Source: an uncultured Bacilli bacterium (GTDB lineage: Bacteria; Bacillota_I; Bacilli_A; RF39; UBA660). From it: 64,000 bases of DNA. Of this stretch, positions 10,207-19,685 are shown piece after piece. The stretch spans positions 2,481 through 66,480 of the forward strand of contig CANQIE010000002.1 in the NCBI GenBank assembly GCA_947623935.1. Reading direction: 5' to 3'. The notes under the pieces are model-generated. The model was not told the DNA's origin. It did not search any database and worked only from the letters and a program-made list of their open reading frames with translations. The translations under genes were made by a program, and so were the position numbers. The number at the start of each line of letters is the position of its first letter. Positions within the stretch are counted from its first letter, which is position 1.

Positions 10207-11049
10207 TTAATCACTACCTTTTTCATTTAATAATTTAATTTTTTCTGCATTATTAAGTATATCTAATTGATATTTACATATATCACTTAATATTTCAAAT
10301 CTTTCTTCTTTTGATTTTCCTTCTTTAATTAACTCAGCATTATGTGATTCTAAATTAGATAAAACAGTTAATTCATTTATGGAAGCATAATCTCTTACAT
10401 TTGAATTTTTAGCTAACTCTGGATTTAATTCTCTCCATTTTTTAGCAGTGGTATGAAATAATATTACATTGAGAATATCTGCTTCTTCAGCATATTTTAA
10501 CCATTCTTTATTTTTATAAAAATCATTATCAGGTAAAATGTAATTTTTAATTGCATCTGTATGAATTAAATAATTATTCTTTGTAAGTATTCTTTTTACA
10601 TCCCATTCTCTATTTTGATTTTCTAGTTCTTTTAATCTTTCAAATTCTTTTATTAAATATAATTTAAATACAGGACTTATTGCAGATGCAAATTCAAAAG
10701 CAATATCTTTATGTGCATATGTTCCACCATATTTACCCATTTTAGAATATATTCCAATAGCATTTGTTCTTTCACACCACTCTGTAACACTAGGTGTAAA
10801 TGTCAATAAACCAACCTGTTTTCTAAAGTGTTCAGATTCGAACACTTTAAAATTAGGATTATAAATTTGTTCCCAAGTAGTTAAAAAATCTAATGTGCTT
10901 CTATTTCGCAACCAATTCCTTATAACATCTGCAGCTCTTGAATTACTACTTTTTGCTTTTGCTATATCTGAAATACAAATATAATCTTTTTCATTTATAT
11001 TGGTTACATTTATTCTGACATCTTGGACTTCTATTATTTTGTTAGACAT
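10207..11049 (-). CDS. KilA-N domain-containing protein
   Basis: ICISDIAKAKSS...VIRNWLRNRSTLDFLTTWEQIYNPNFKVFE resembles the KilA-N DNA-binding domain of phage Bro/KilA proteins. AT-rich. Confidence 0.5.
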   Translation of the reverse strand: MSNKIIEVQDVRINVTNINEKDYICISDIAKAKSSNSRAADVIRNWLRNRSTLDFLTTWEQIYNPNFKVFESEHFRKQVGLLTFTPSVTEWCERTNAIGIYSKMGKYGGTYAHKDIAFEFASAISPVFKLYLIKEFERLKELENQNREWDVKRILTKNNYLIHTDAIKNYILPDNDFYKNKEWLKYAEEADILNVILFHTTAKKWRELNPELAKNSNVRDYASINELTVLSNLESHNAELIKEGKSKEERFEILSDICKYQLDILNNAEKIKLLNEKGSD

Positions 11050-11116
11050 ATATTCACCTTCTTTTTCTTTATGGTTAATACTTATTTTTTGGAAACTTTA
11101 TAATTTAATTATATCA

Positions 11117-12337
11117 CTATTTATCAGATTTATATACTACTTTGACTCTATTTTTATCAAATATTTCTATTTGTTTTATATATTTATTTACCAAATTCTT
11201 ATTAAGTTTTTTATAATCCTTTTTATATTTATCATTAAAATCAACAAGTAACAATTTTTCTAAAATATCTTTCCTTATTGATTTTAAATTACAACCTATT
11301 TTACGATATGAAGATTTGCACCAATAATAATATATTCCTTTTGCTTTTCTTCTATAGAATTCGCTATGACATTCACCACATCTAATTTTAGTTATTAATA
11401 ATTCATTTTCCTCTTGTACTATATCAGAAAAGTTTAATATATTTTGAACTGTTTGAAATATTTCTTTATCAATTATTGGTTCATGATGGTTCTCGCATAT
11501 TTTCCATTCTTCTGGATTTGTTTTAATTACTTTTTTAAATTTTCTCATTGGTTTACGATTTTTACCTTGAATAAGTGTTCCTATATATGTTTCATTTTTT
11601 AATATTTCATTAATTATAGTATTGTTCCACTTTTTGGATTTAATTGTTTTATTGCTAGTTACTTTAGTTACCTCACTTTTGTACCTCGATGGAGTTAGTA
11701 TACCCTCCTTGTTTAGGATATCAGCTATTTCATTTTTACTTTTACATTCTAATGTCATATTAAAAATTCTTTTAATAATACTTGTAGCATAATCATCAAC
11801 AATAAACTTATGACAATCATTTGGATCTTTTAAGTAGCCGTAAGGAGCAGAAACGCCAATAAAGTCGCCTTTTTTCTGTTGAAGATGTTTAACTGCAGAG
11901 ACTTTTTCAGAAATATCAACTGCATAATGTTCATGTGTTAAATTTAGTAAGGCAAATTCTAAAGTATCTGTATAATTACTATCTTTAAGACTATCTAATT
12001 TATCATTAATAGAAATAAATCTAACACTATGTTTTGGAAATTCTTCACCCAAATATACTTTAACCCATCCAGTATCTCTTCCGAATCTAGACATATCTTT
12101 AACTATTACACAATTTATTTTTTTCTTCACTATATCAAAACATAATTTAACAAAAGCTGGTCTATCAAAATTAGTTCCAGTATAACCATTATCTACATAA
12201 TAATCTACTAACTCAAAATCACTATTATCTTTTATATAATCTTTAATTATGCTTTTTTGATTATCAATACTATCAGATTCATTATAACTATCATCTTTAG
12301 ATAGTCTTATATAAGCACCAACTTTATACTTTGACAT
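11117..12337 (-). CDS. large serine recombinase (resolvase/invertase-type catalytic domain, recombinase domain and zinc ribbon)
   Basis: The N-terminus carries YIRLSKDD...VIVKDMSRFGRD, the serine recombinase catalytic region. The C-terminus has CGECHSEFYRR...YYWCKS, a zinc ribbon. The start is at MSKYKVGAY, which has an RBS. Confidence 0.8.
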   Translation of the reverse strand: MSKYKVGAYIRLSKDDSYNESDSIDNQKSIIKDYIKDNSDFELVDYYVDNGYTGTNFDRPAFVKLCFDIVKKKINCVIVKDMSRFGRDTGWVKVYLGEEFPKHSVRFISINDKLDSLKDSNYTDTLEFALLNLTHEHYAVDISEKVSAVKHLQQKKGDFIGVSAPYGYLKDPNDCHKFIVDDYATSIIKRIFNMTLECKSKNEIADILNKEGILTPSRYKSEVTKVTSNKTIKSKKWNNTIINEILKNETYIGTLIQGKNRKPMRKFKKVIKTNPEEWKICENHHEPIIDKEIFQTVQNILNFSDIVQEENELLITKIRCGECHSEFYRRKAKGIYYYWCKSSYRKIGCNLKSIRKDILEKLLLVDFNDKYKKDYKKLNKNLVNKYIKQIEIFDKNRVKVVYKSDK

Positions 12338-12723
12338 AGTTATCACTTCTTTCATTATTATATCAAAAAAGTAGGATTTCTCCTACTTATAACACAAATC
12401 AATAAAACTTTTATTCTTTAACATTACATCCGTTAGCTTGTTCTACATATAATTGGAAAATTTGTTCAACTATTTTATCAAAATTATATTTTGAATCTTC
12501 ATTTTTATCATATTTTTTTACACAAAAAAACACACCTAAAAAGATGCGTAAATTAATTAAATTTTGTATAGTTTCACTGTCGTAATCAGTTGTCTAATTC
12601 CTAGTCAAAAAAGTAGTAATTTTTGCCATTTTTATCATTTTTTATCAATTTTTAGAGCTTTTTTAATAAAATCGTGTAAGATTTAATTTCCTGCAATTCC
12701 TTTATTTATAATGGTTTATAACG

Positions 12724-12773
12724 GGGTTGCAATAAATCGTAATCAACCAGTTGATTACGGAATTATGCAACCC
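12724..12773. repeat. 50-bp imperfect palindrome, GGGTTGCAATAAATCGTAATCAAC-CA-GTTGATTACGGAATTATGCAACCC, a candidate serine-recombinase att or target site
   Basis: Read directly from the sequence: 24-bp arms with perfect 10-bp inner and 8-bp outer matches around a central CA dinucleotide, about 390 bp upstream of the recombinase gene. Confidence 0.5.
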
Positions 12774-12803
12774 TTGTTCTCCACTATTACTCATTTTTAT
12801 CAC

Positions 12804-13460
12804 TCACTTTTTAATTTCCGTTTCTATAATCCACTTAATATCTTCAATTGCTTTATCCATATTAAAGATTCCATTCCCTACGGGATAGTAGACTGGATAC
12901 ACTTTGTAGCTATTTCCATTTACCTCTAACAAATGAGGCGTTTTGCGGTTTTCGGAAACAGTTATTTTTTTATTTAAGATAATCGATGATACCTGGTTTC
13001 CAAAAGTAATAATTACTTTAGGTTTAATGATATCTATTTCTTTAAATAATAAATTTAAGTATTTTCGTAATACTTCATCCGATAAAGGTCTTGCATCTAG
13101 TTGAGTACATTTTCCTAAATTAGTAATAAATAATTTATTTCTAGCAATTTTCTCATACACCTCATCGCAAAATGCATAATCCCAATCTTTAGGTTTCTTT
13201 ATTATAATTTCATCAAATACTGTTTCTTCTAGTAAACCCACTTGATAAAATAACTTCCATATGTTTTTAGTTCCAAGCCAAGGCGATTTCCTGCCTTCCC
13301 AAGATTTAGAACTAGCAATATTTTTCCCCGTGGGATTCATGAAAACAAAACAAATATCAGGATTTTCTTCACATCCACCATTGTATATCGAATCTAGTTC
13401 TTTAGCTCCATATTTCATTTGTAGCTTATCATATTCTTTTTTCAAATCCTGTATTTTCAC
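12804..13460 (-). CDS. uracil-DNA glycosylase superfamily protein
   Basis: Its length and the motifs FVFMNPTG...NLGKCTQ...ITFGNQV fit the UDG fold of the family 4/5-like groups. AT-rich. Confidence 0.45.
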   Translation of the reverse strand: MKIQDLKKEYDKLQMKYGAKELDSIYNGGCEENPDICFVFMNPTGKNIASSKSWEGRKSPWLGTKNIWKLFYQVGLLEETVFDEIIIKKPKDWDYAFCDEVYEKIARNKLFITNLGKCTQLDARPLSDEVLRKYLNLLFKEIDIIKPKVIITFGNQVSSIILNKKITVSENRKTPHLLEVNGNSYKVYPVYYPVGNGIFNMDKAIEDIKWIIETEIKK

Positions 13461-13733
13461 GAGTCTTCACCTTCGTTTTTATAAATTTTCTATAAATCTT
13501 AATTTTTATCTTCTTTTTATCTTCATTATACTAATCTTATAATTATTTAGCTCATATTTATTTTTAATTATGGTAAATTACCCTAAATTTAAATTAGAAT
13601 TATGAAGAGCCTATCATAATTTGATTTAAATATCTCTGTAATAGAAATACCATTTTCATTATATATTTCAGTATAATTAATTGCTTGTCTTAACCAAACC
13701 TCAGCCTTACATTCATTGCAACCTTTATCACGG

Positions 13734-14229
13734 TTAATACAATAAGGGCAATAGCCATTTATCTTTATAATAAGTATTTCCTAAATCTTTTATTAAAGTA
13801 AAATCCATTTTTTCGAGAAGAAATTTAGCATTAACATATTTCTCTCCCCAAGCCTCGTATAGAATTGGTTCTTGCACCTTATCACAGCATAAATGCATTA
13901 ATTTACTCCCTATTCCTTTCCTTTGAAAAGAGGCATCTACAACTAGATATAAAATCTCTCTATAAGAAGTTATATCCAATTGGTAGAAGAAATCATTTTT
14001 AATATTGCTAATACCACAAGCCCCAATAATTTTACTATCATTGGTACATACATAATAATTAGAAATATCTTTTGCAAGTTCTTCTTTATTTTTTTCGGTG
14101 ATTTCTTTTAAAGATGCGATTCGATTGGCATTTTTTGAACATTACAGGTTCCTAATTCTTGGGAAATAAGATGGGCTATTGCATCTAGATCTTTCATCGT
14201 TGCTTTTCTATATTTAAATTGGGTCATGC
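13734..14229 (-). pseudogene. GNAT family N-acetyltransferase, frameshifted
   Basis: The N-terminal 39 codons (MTQFKYRKATMKDLDAIAHL...) end at a stop. The reading frame then continues in another frame (KEITEKNKEE...FQRKGIGSKLM, the GNAT motif A). The shift occurs at an A6 run near 14105. Confidence 0.55.
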
Positions 14230-14410
14230 ATATTACCTCTTTCAAAAATATTATACCACAGAAAAACAGGATTTTCTTCTCCTGTCTTCTAACTTTTATT
14301 CATTATTTTATATATTTCGATTTAGCCACTAACATTTTTAACTGATTACAAAATATAGTCAGCTCGATGCATGCTTCTAAATCAATTTAAACTTCTTAAA
14401 TCGTATTTTC

Positions 14411-14926
14411 TTATAAAAGTTTTTGCAATTGTTTGGTATAACGAATAGGACTTAAAGCCTCTATGTTTCCATCCGTATCCACGGCTACTTCATCGATATA
14501 TACTCCCGTTTTAAGTTCAATGTAATCAGCAATTAACCGACGATGACAAAACTCACACACCGGTTCATGACAAAGCAAAATGGTATGGTCTCCAAACCTT
14601 TCTTCAAATGTCTTTAATAAGTCCCAAACATCTAACTCTTTAAGACGTAATTCATAGTAACTTCGAATGTACTCTTCTTCGATTTGTTTTCGAAACTGAA
14701 GATATCTTTCTCTTTGAGTTGGATCTTTTCTTAATTCCAAAAGATACTTATATTTTTCGCTATATGGAGTAAAAGTAACTAATCTTGGTGCTAATTTTTT
14801 ATAACTAGGCCCAAAGTAATTCCAAGCAGCTCCTCCATCGCCTGTAACAGAGACGGTATTCCCACTTTTTACATTATCGTAACTTCCCGTCCCTAAAAGA
14901 ATTCTAGATACATCGTTTGCATTCAT
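14411..14926 (-). CDS. hypothetical protein (171 aa), possibly DUF488-like
   Basis: Intact ORF. KKLAPRL...YLQFRKQIEEEY weakly resembles the DUF488 pattern. Low certainty. Confidence 0.4.
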   Translation of the reverse strand: MNANDVSRILLGTGSYDNVKSGNTVSVTGDGGAAWNYFGPSYKKLAPRLVTFTPYSEKYKYLLELRKDPTQRERYLQFRKQIEEEYIRSYYELRLKELDVWDLLKTFEERFGDHTILLCHEPVCEFCHRRLIADYIELKTGVYIDEVAVDTDGNIEALSPIRYTKQLQKLL

Positions 14927-14957
14927 ATAGTTTCCTTCTTTCTAAAAAAAGTATAAC

Positions 14958-14990
14958 AAAAAAACTTCGTGTTTGCGAAGTCTTTTTATG
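14958..14990 (-). terminator. bidirectional rho-independent terminator (ACTTCG-tgtttg-CGAAGT flanked by A7 and T5)
   Basis: Hairpin with flanking homopolymers, lying between the lepB stop and the start of the next gene. Confidence 0.6.
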
Positions 14991-14996
14991 CTTTTA

Positions 14997-15509
14997 TTAA
15001 TTTTTAACCCCAATTCGATTGAATGGAAATAAAACTAAATTAGCAGAGCCTTTAATTTCATCTTTTGAGATGAAGCCAAAATACCTTCCATCGTAGGAAT
15101 CCGTTCTATTATCGCCTACTACAAAGTACATATTGTCAGGCACTACTTCGGTATCAAATTTACTGAAAGTAAAATCATCGGTCATTTTGTGTTCAAAATT
15201 TTCTTCTACTTTTTGGTCGTTAATATATAACGTATTATCTTTATACTCTACTTTTTCACCCGGAAGACCAATCACTCTTTTGATAATATCTTCTCCTTCG
15301 TGATGCACCACCACAATATCGAAGCGATGAACGTCATTAAAGTAATAATGAACTCTACTTAAAATCATCAAATCGCCATCGTGTAAAGTAGGACTCATCG
15401 AAGTACCACTTACCGAAACGGTCGTTACCACGAACATTTTTAATAAGACAATAGCCACAATGACTAATACATAAGGCAATATAGATTTAACTATTCTTTT
15501 TGTATCCAA
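14997..15509 (-). CDS. lepB: signal peptidase I
   Basis: SGTSMSPTLHDGD (Ser box) and GDNRTDSYDGRYFG (Lys/box E), the bacterial P-type signal peptidase. Confidence 0.85.
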   Translation of the reverse strand: MDTKRIVKSILPYVLVIVAIVLLKMFVVTTVSVSGTSMSPTLHDGDLMILSRVHYYFNDVHRFDIVVVHHEGEDIIKRVIGLPGEKVEYKDNTLYINDQKVEENFEHKMTDDFTFSKFDTEVVPDNMYFVVGDNRTDSYDGRYFGFISKDEIKGSANLVLFPFNRIGVKN

Positions 15510-15559
15510 GGATATCCCTCCTATTCTCTTTCTATTGTATCATAATTTTTCTCATTTTG

Positions 15560-15597
15560 AATCGCTTTTTTAAAAGAAAAATAAGGCCACGCCTTAT
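15560..15597 (-). terminator. rho-independent terminator overlapping the rplS stop (ATAAGGC-cac-GCCTTAT followed by T5)
   Basis: Perfect 7-bp stem followed by a T run on the minus strand. Confidence 0.6.
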
Positions 15598-15941
15598 TTT
15601 TCCATTTGTTCTTTAATTTTGTATTGTTCTCTACGACCTTTAAGGAAGTTAAGTTTTGCTCTTCTTACACGTCCTTTACGAATAACCGTAATCTTAGCAA
15701 TGTTAGGAGAATGTAAAGGGAAAATACGTTCTACTCCTACTCCGTAAGAATCCTTACGAACGGTAAACGTTTCACTAATTCCAGATCCTTTCATTGCGAC
15801 TACAAGTCCTTCAAAGGCCTGAATACGTTCTCTTTTTCCTTCGACGATCTTTACATCGACACGAACCGTGTAACCTACACGAATTTCAGGAAGATTCGTA
15901 TTCATTTGCTTTGCTGTAATTTTGTCAATTACATTAGCCAT
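15594..15941 (-). CDS. rplS: 50S ribosomal protein L19
   Basis: MANVIDKIT...[28 protein letters not shown]...ISETFTVRK. The start is at MANV, which has an AAAGGAGTGA RBS. Confidence 0.9.
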   Translation of the reverse strand: MANVIDKITAKQMNTNLPEIRVGYTVRVDVKIVEGKRERIQAFEGLVVAMKGSGISETFTVRKDSYGVGVERIFPLHSPNIAKITVIRKGRVRRAKLNFLKGRREQYKIKEQMEK

Positions 15942-16102
15942 GATATCACTCCTTTTTGTTTTTAATGTGATCATACCTCAAATTAGTAGCAGCGGATCAC
16001 TAACGACACTAATTGTAGCATAGAAATAAGGTTTATGCAAGTTTATTTTGACATTTTTTTTAGGCTTTGTTATAGTAAAAATAGTTAAGGAGATAAATAA
16101 CT

Positions 16103-16510
16103 ATGAAAGAAAATCAAATAGAAACGGAGAATCAAGTCATTATACCAGAATATGCATCCTATGAAGAAATGAGAGATAATGTCATTTACCATCAAAAAGA
16201 AAGCGTTAAGTTTGACCAGAAATTCCGAAATTTAACCCTTGGTGCTGGCGCTGTATCTTTATTAGGAAGTGGAACCATACAGTTAGTAAAAGAACCCCTT
16301 CTTGGAAGCATTATTATAGAAAACATTGCTAAATTTGGTCTTGCATACTTTGGTGTGGTCTGGCTTTCTTTCTCCTTGTTGTTAATTAATCATGTATATA
16401 GACAAGACAAAAAAGTATTAAAAAAATTATATCAACTTCCTGATGATGAAGAAGCCTCTAAACAATATTTGTATGAAGTACATCGTAACCAAATCAATTA
16501 TCAAAAATAA
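16103..16510 (+). CDS. hypothetical membrane protein (135 aa)
   Basis: TAAGGAGATAAATAACT-ATG RBS, two hydrophobic helices, and a terminator downstream. Confidence 0.5.
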   Translation: MKENQIETENQVIIPEYASYEEMRDNVIYHQKESVKFDQKFRNLTLGAGAVSLLGSGTIQLVKEPLLGSIIIENIAKFGLAYFGVVWLSFSLLLINHVYRQDKKVLKKLYQLPDDEEASKQYLYEVHRNQINYQK

Positions 16511-16517
16511 CTTATTA

Positions 16518-16556
16518 AAAATACCCATATTTTTATATAACTGGGTATTTTTATTT
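16518..16556. terminator. bidirectional terminator (AAATACCCA...TGGGTATTT)
   Basis: 9-bp perfect stem between the convergent genes at 16103..16510 (+) and 16556..17011 (-). Confidence 0.5.
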
Positions 16557-17011
16557 TAACGTGATTTTCCATTATTAAAGATGTTTTGATAATATTGAAA
16601 TAACATTTGCATCCGTACTTTAGTTTCATATTCTAAAATGCCTAATTGTTTCATTAGTAAATTATATTTTTCTTCTTCTAAATAATTTCGATATTTATTA
16701 TTAATTTCGGTTCTTAACCTCGTAATCTCATCTAATACTTCACGGTAACCACTTCCTGATTCGTCTCCTCCATCGGTTTCATAGACGACGGACAATAGTT
16801 GAACTAGTTGATTAAATTTCTTGGTGATTTTCTTATCGACCATTTTATAGATCAAGGAAGGATTAATTAAAATCATCCGATTGACGTTAATCGCGTCTTT
16901 TATTTTGGCATTCGGTTTAATGTCGTAACCACCCATTTTGTCGTATTCAAAGTATTTAATTTCTTTGCTGTTTTTTTCTTTAACAATCAAATAACGTTGT
17001 TGAATAGGCAT
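16556..17011 (-). CDS. hypothetical protein (151 aa)
   Basis: Intact ORF immediately downstream of trmD. Confidence 0.45.
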   Translation of the reverse strand: MPIQQRYLIVKEKNSKEIKYFEYDKMGGYDIKPNAKIKDAINVNRMILINPSLIYKMVDKKITKKFNQLVQLLSVVYETDGGDESGSGYREVLDEITRLRTEINNKYRNYLEEEKYNLLMKQLGILEYETKVRMQMLFQYYQNIFNNGKSR

Positions 17012-17012
17012 T

Positions 17013-17690
17013 TTACTTCACCTCTTTGTCCTCTAATAAGTCCGGTCTTCTCTCTTTTGTTCTATTATAACTCATTTCCTCACGAAAAGAAAGAATTTCC
17101 TTATGATTTCCGTTACAGAGAACACTAGGTACTTCCATACCTCTAAAATTACGAGGTTTGGTATAAGTAGGATAATCGAGTAAGTTTTCATGAAAAGATT
17201 CTTTAATATGGCTTTCTTCTTCAATCACACCCGGAAGTAAACGAATAATAGAATCCATCAAAACCATGGATGGAAGTTCTCCTCCTGTTAAAATATAGTC
17301 ACCAATCGAGATTTCATAATCGACAATCGAGCGAATCCGCTCATCAAAACCTTCATAATGACCACAAAGCAAAATGAGATGTTTTTCATGACTGAAATCA
17401 TAAGCCATACTTTGTTTATAAGGGACCCCTGCAGGTGTTAGCATAATGACTTTGGTGTCATTTTTTCTCAAGTCTTCGATCGCATCAAAAATCGGTTGGC
17501 ACATCAAGACCATGCCTTGCCCTCCCCCAAACGGAGTATCATCTACCTTATGATGCGGGTCTTTAGAGTAATCTCTAAAGTTATGAATATAGACTTCGAC
17601 TTTTTTTCCTTCAATGGCTCGTTTAATAATAGATTCGGTCAAAAAGCCTTGATACATATCCGGAAATAAGGTTAACACATCGATTCTCAT
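17013..17690 (-). CDS. trmD: tRNA (guanine37-N1)-methyltransferase
   Basis: MRIDVLTLFPDMY...GGGQGMVL...HYEGFDERI. The SPOUT knot motifs are conserved. Confidence 0.9.
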   Translation of the reverse strand: MRIDVLTLFPDMYQGFLTESIIKRAIEGKKVEVYIHNFRDYSKDPHHKVDDTPFGGGQGMVLMCQPIFDAIEDLRKNDTKVIMLTPAGVPYKQSMAYDFSHEKHLILLCGHYEGFDERIRSIVDYEISIGDYILTGGELPSMVLMDSIIRLLPGVIEEESHIKESFHENLLDYPTYTKPRNFRGMEVPSVLCNGNHKEILSFREEMSYNRTKERRPDLLEDKEVK

Positions 17691-18184
17691 TCAAACAACC
17701 CCTTCCACGATACCAAATGAATTTCCTTTTTAGTACCGTCAATTTTTTGGATAAATTCTTTTTGATAAGGGACATTGACTTTCTTTCCAAAAGCATCGAT
17801 TTCTAAGATCTTATTTCCTTTAGCTAAAGTTCTAATAGAAGATAATACCCCTTTCTTTTCTTGATCCATGAACACAGCAAAGCCAATTAAATCCCTATCC
17901 AAATACTCATTATCTTTAAGATGAAGGCTTTCTCTCGTAACATAGACAGAAAGTCCTTTATATTTTAAAACTTCGTTAATATTTTGGTATCCTTTAAACG
18001 TAACCATATCAAAATTTTTATGTTTACGATATGTTGCAATCTCTTCTATTACATCCTTTTTTCCAATATAAAGTTTATTTCCTATGAAAAAAACTTTTTC
18101 TTTCCATTCAAAAGAAGAAAGAATCCTAAGTTCTCCCTTGATGCCATGCGTATTGACAATTTTTCCTACATATACTTTCTCCAT
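17687..18184 (-). CDS. rimM: 16S rRNA processing protein RimM
   Basis: GKIVNTHGIKGELRI N-terminus and a PRC barrel. Its position is the classic rimM-trmD-rplS arrangement. Confidence 0.85.
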   Translation of the reverse strand: MEKVYVGKIVNTHGIKGELRILSSFEWKEKVFFIGNKLYIGKKDVIEEIATYRKHKNFDMVTFKGYQNINEVLKYKGLSVYVTRESLHLKDNEYLDRDLIGFAVFMDQEKKGVLSSIRTLAKGNKILEIDAFGKKVNVPYQKEFIQKIDGTKKEIHLVSWKGLFE

Positions 18185-18196
18185 AGATACCTCTTT

Positions 18197-18934
18197 TTAT
18201 TTACGATCCAGCTCATATAGTAAGATGCTCGTTGCTACGGCCACATTCAAACTCTCTACGGCTTCGTCCATATTAATATATAGAAAGTCCTCACATAAGT
18301 CAATAATTTCTTCCCGGACACCAGATCCTTCACTACCCATGATTAGAACGTATTTTTCCTTGTCTTTTGCTTGTAATGAACGAACATCTTTGCCATATTC
18401 TACTTTGGTTCCAAATAATGGATAACCTTCTTTTTTTAAATCTTCCAAAAAAGAAGAAAGTTCACGCCTTATGATATTCGTATGAAATAACATTCCTTGG
18501 GTAGATCTTACTACTTTTGGATTATAGACATCGACTGTATTTTCTCCTAACACGATCGTGTCGACATGAAAAGCCTTGCCTGAACGAATAATTGTTCCCA
18601 AATTCCCCGGATCTTGAATACCATCGAGCACTAAAATATGATTCCCCAGTTTATTATTTTCTTCTTTTTTACGACAAAGTGCCATGATGGGTGTAGGAGA
18701 CTCCACATCACTTATTTTATAAATGATTTCATTGGTTACATATACGGTAGGTACATCAAGGGGTAATACTTCATCTTTTTCCAAAATCAATTCTTCGATT
18801 AGTCCCTCTTTATAAGCTTCTAAAACCAAATGACGTCCTTCAATAAGAAATAAACCCGTCTTATCCCGATATTTCTTATCTTTTAGTTTCACATAATTTT
18901 TTATTTTATCATTATCTAAACTGGTAATTAACAT
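18197..18934 (-). CDS. TrmH/SpoU-family RNA 2'-O-methyltransferase
   Basis: GNLGTIIRS...GSEGSGV...LNVAVATSILLYE, the SPOUT motifs. Confidence 0.75.
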   Translation of the reverse strand: MLITSLDNDKIKNYVKLKDKKYRDKTGLFLIEGRHLVLEAYKEGLIEELILEKDEVLPLDVPTVYVTNEIIYKISDVESPTPIMALCRKKEENNKLGNHILVLDGIQDPGNLGTIIRSGKAFHVDTIVLGENTVDVYNPKVVRSTQGMLFHTNIIRRELSSFLEDLKKEGYPLFGTKVEYGKDVRSLQAKDKEKYVLIMGSEGSGVREEIIDLCEDFLYINMDEAVESLNVAVATSILLYELDRK

Positions 18935-18943
18935 AAGACACCT

Positions 18944-19585
18944 CTACTCATAATCTTTTAAAATCTTTTTTACTTTTTTATAATTGGGATAATTCTCTTC
19001 TACTACTTTCCAAAACCTGGAAGAATGATTCGCCTCTACTAAATGCGACAATTCATGAACGATGACATAGTCTAAGCAATAAGGCATCTTTTTCATAAGT
19101 TCTATATTTAATGTCACAATCTTTTCTTTAACATTACAAACGCCCCACCTAGACTTCATAAAACGAAGGCGTAATTTAGGATAAGGAATGGTATAAGAAA
19201 AGTTTTTATACCAAAAGTCAAGTCGTTCTTTAAATAGTGTTTCCGCTTCTTTTTTATACCATTTGGCAAGATCTACCCTATCTCCAATAAAAACTTTTAC
19301 TTCTCCTAAACGTACATCATTACCAGGAGTTCTAACCGGTTCATATTCTTTTCCTAAATAGAAAAAACGTTCCTGATAATCTTTTTTCTTTTCTTGAAGA
19401 ATAGCCATTTTTTCAATATCTTTAAGATGTTCTTCTAAGATAAAGCTGATTTTTTTATCGCTTGTAAATGTATTCGTAGTGACATATATTTTACCATCTT
19501 CTTTTACACGCATATAGGTGTTTTTTGTTGTTCTTTTCTTTTCAACAATAACTTCTCTTAACTCTCCTTGTACCTTCAAATACAT
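18944..19585 (-). CDS. YgjP/DUF45-family metal-dependent hydrolase (M48-like)
   Basis: Carries the HExxH motif in YVIVHELSHL. Confidence 0.65.
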   Translation of the reverse strand: MYLKVQGELREVIVEKKRTTKNTYMRVKEDGKIYVTTNTFTSDKKISFILEEHLKDIEKMAILQEKKKDYQERFFYLGKEYEPVRTPGNDVRLGEVKVFIGDRVDLAKWYKKEAETLFKERLDFWYKNFSYTIPYPKLRLRFMKSRWGVCNVKEKIVTLNIELMKKMPYCLDYVIVHELSHLVEANHSSRFWKVVEENYPNYKKVKKILKDYE

Positions 19586-19644
19586 TTATATCACCACACC
19601 TTCATTATAATAAAAATTAAAGTATTCGTAAAGGAAACTTTATT

Positions 19645-19680
19645 TCAAAAAAATAAGCATCCTTTGATGCTTATTTAAAA
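19645..19680 (-). terminator. rho-independent terminator (ATAAGCATC-cttt-GATGCTTAT)
   Basis: 9-bp stem with an A run before and a T run after, directly following the stop of 19686..20519. Confidence 0.6.
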
Positions 19681-19685
19681 TCTAA

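Larger units (their letters stand above)
10207..14229 (-). mobile_element. putative integrated element remnant: KilA-N protein, large serine recombinase, UDG-superfamily protein and a GNAT pseudogene
   Basis: This block is visibly more AT-rich than the flanking housekeeping genes. It carries a recombinase plus genes typical of phages and mobile elements. Its boundaries are approximate. Confidence 0.45.

Noticed and set aside
11000-11251. 83-aa plus-strand ORF (MVTFILTSW…) between the KilA-N and recombinase genes
   Set aside because: Its I/L/F-rich translation comes from AT-rich intergenic and antisense sequence, with no start context.
12711-12929. 72-aa plus-strand ORF spanning the att-like palindrome
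   Set aside because: It overlaps the start of the UDG gene on the opposite strand and has no RBS. The palindrome is more plausibly a DNA site than coding sequence.
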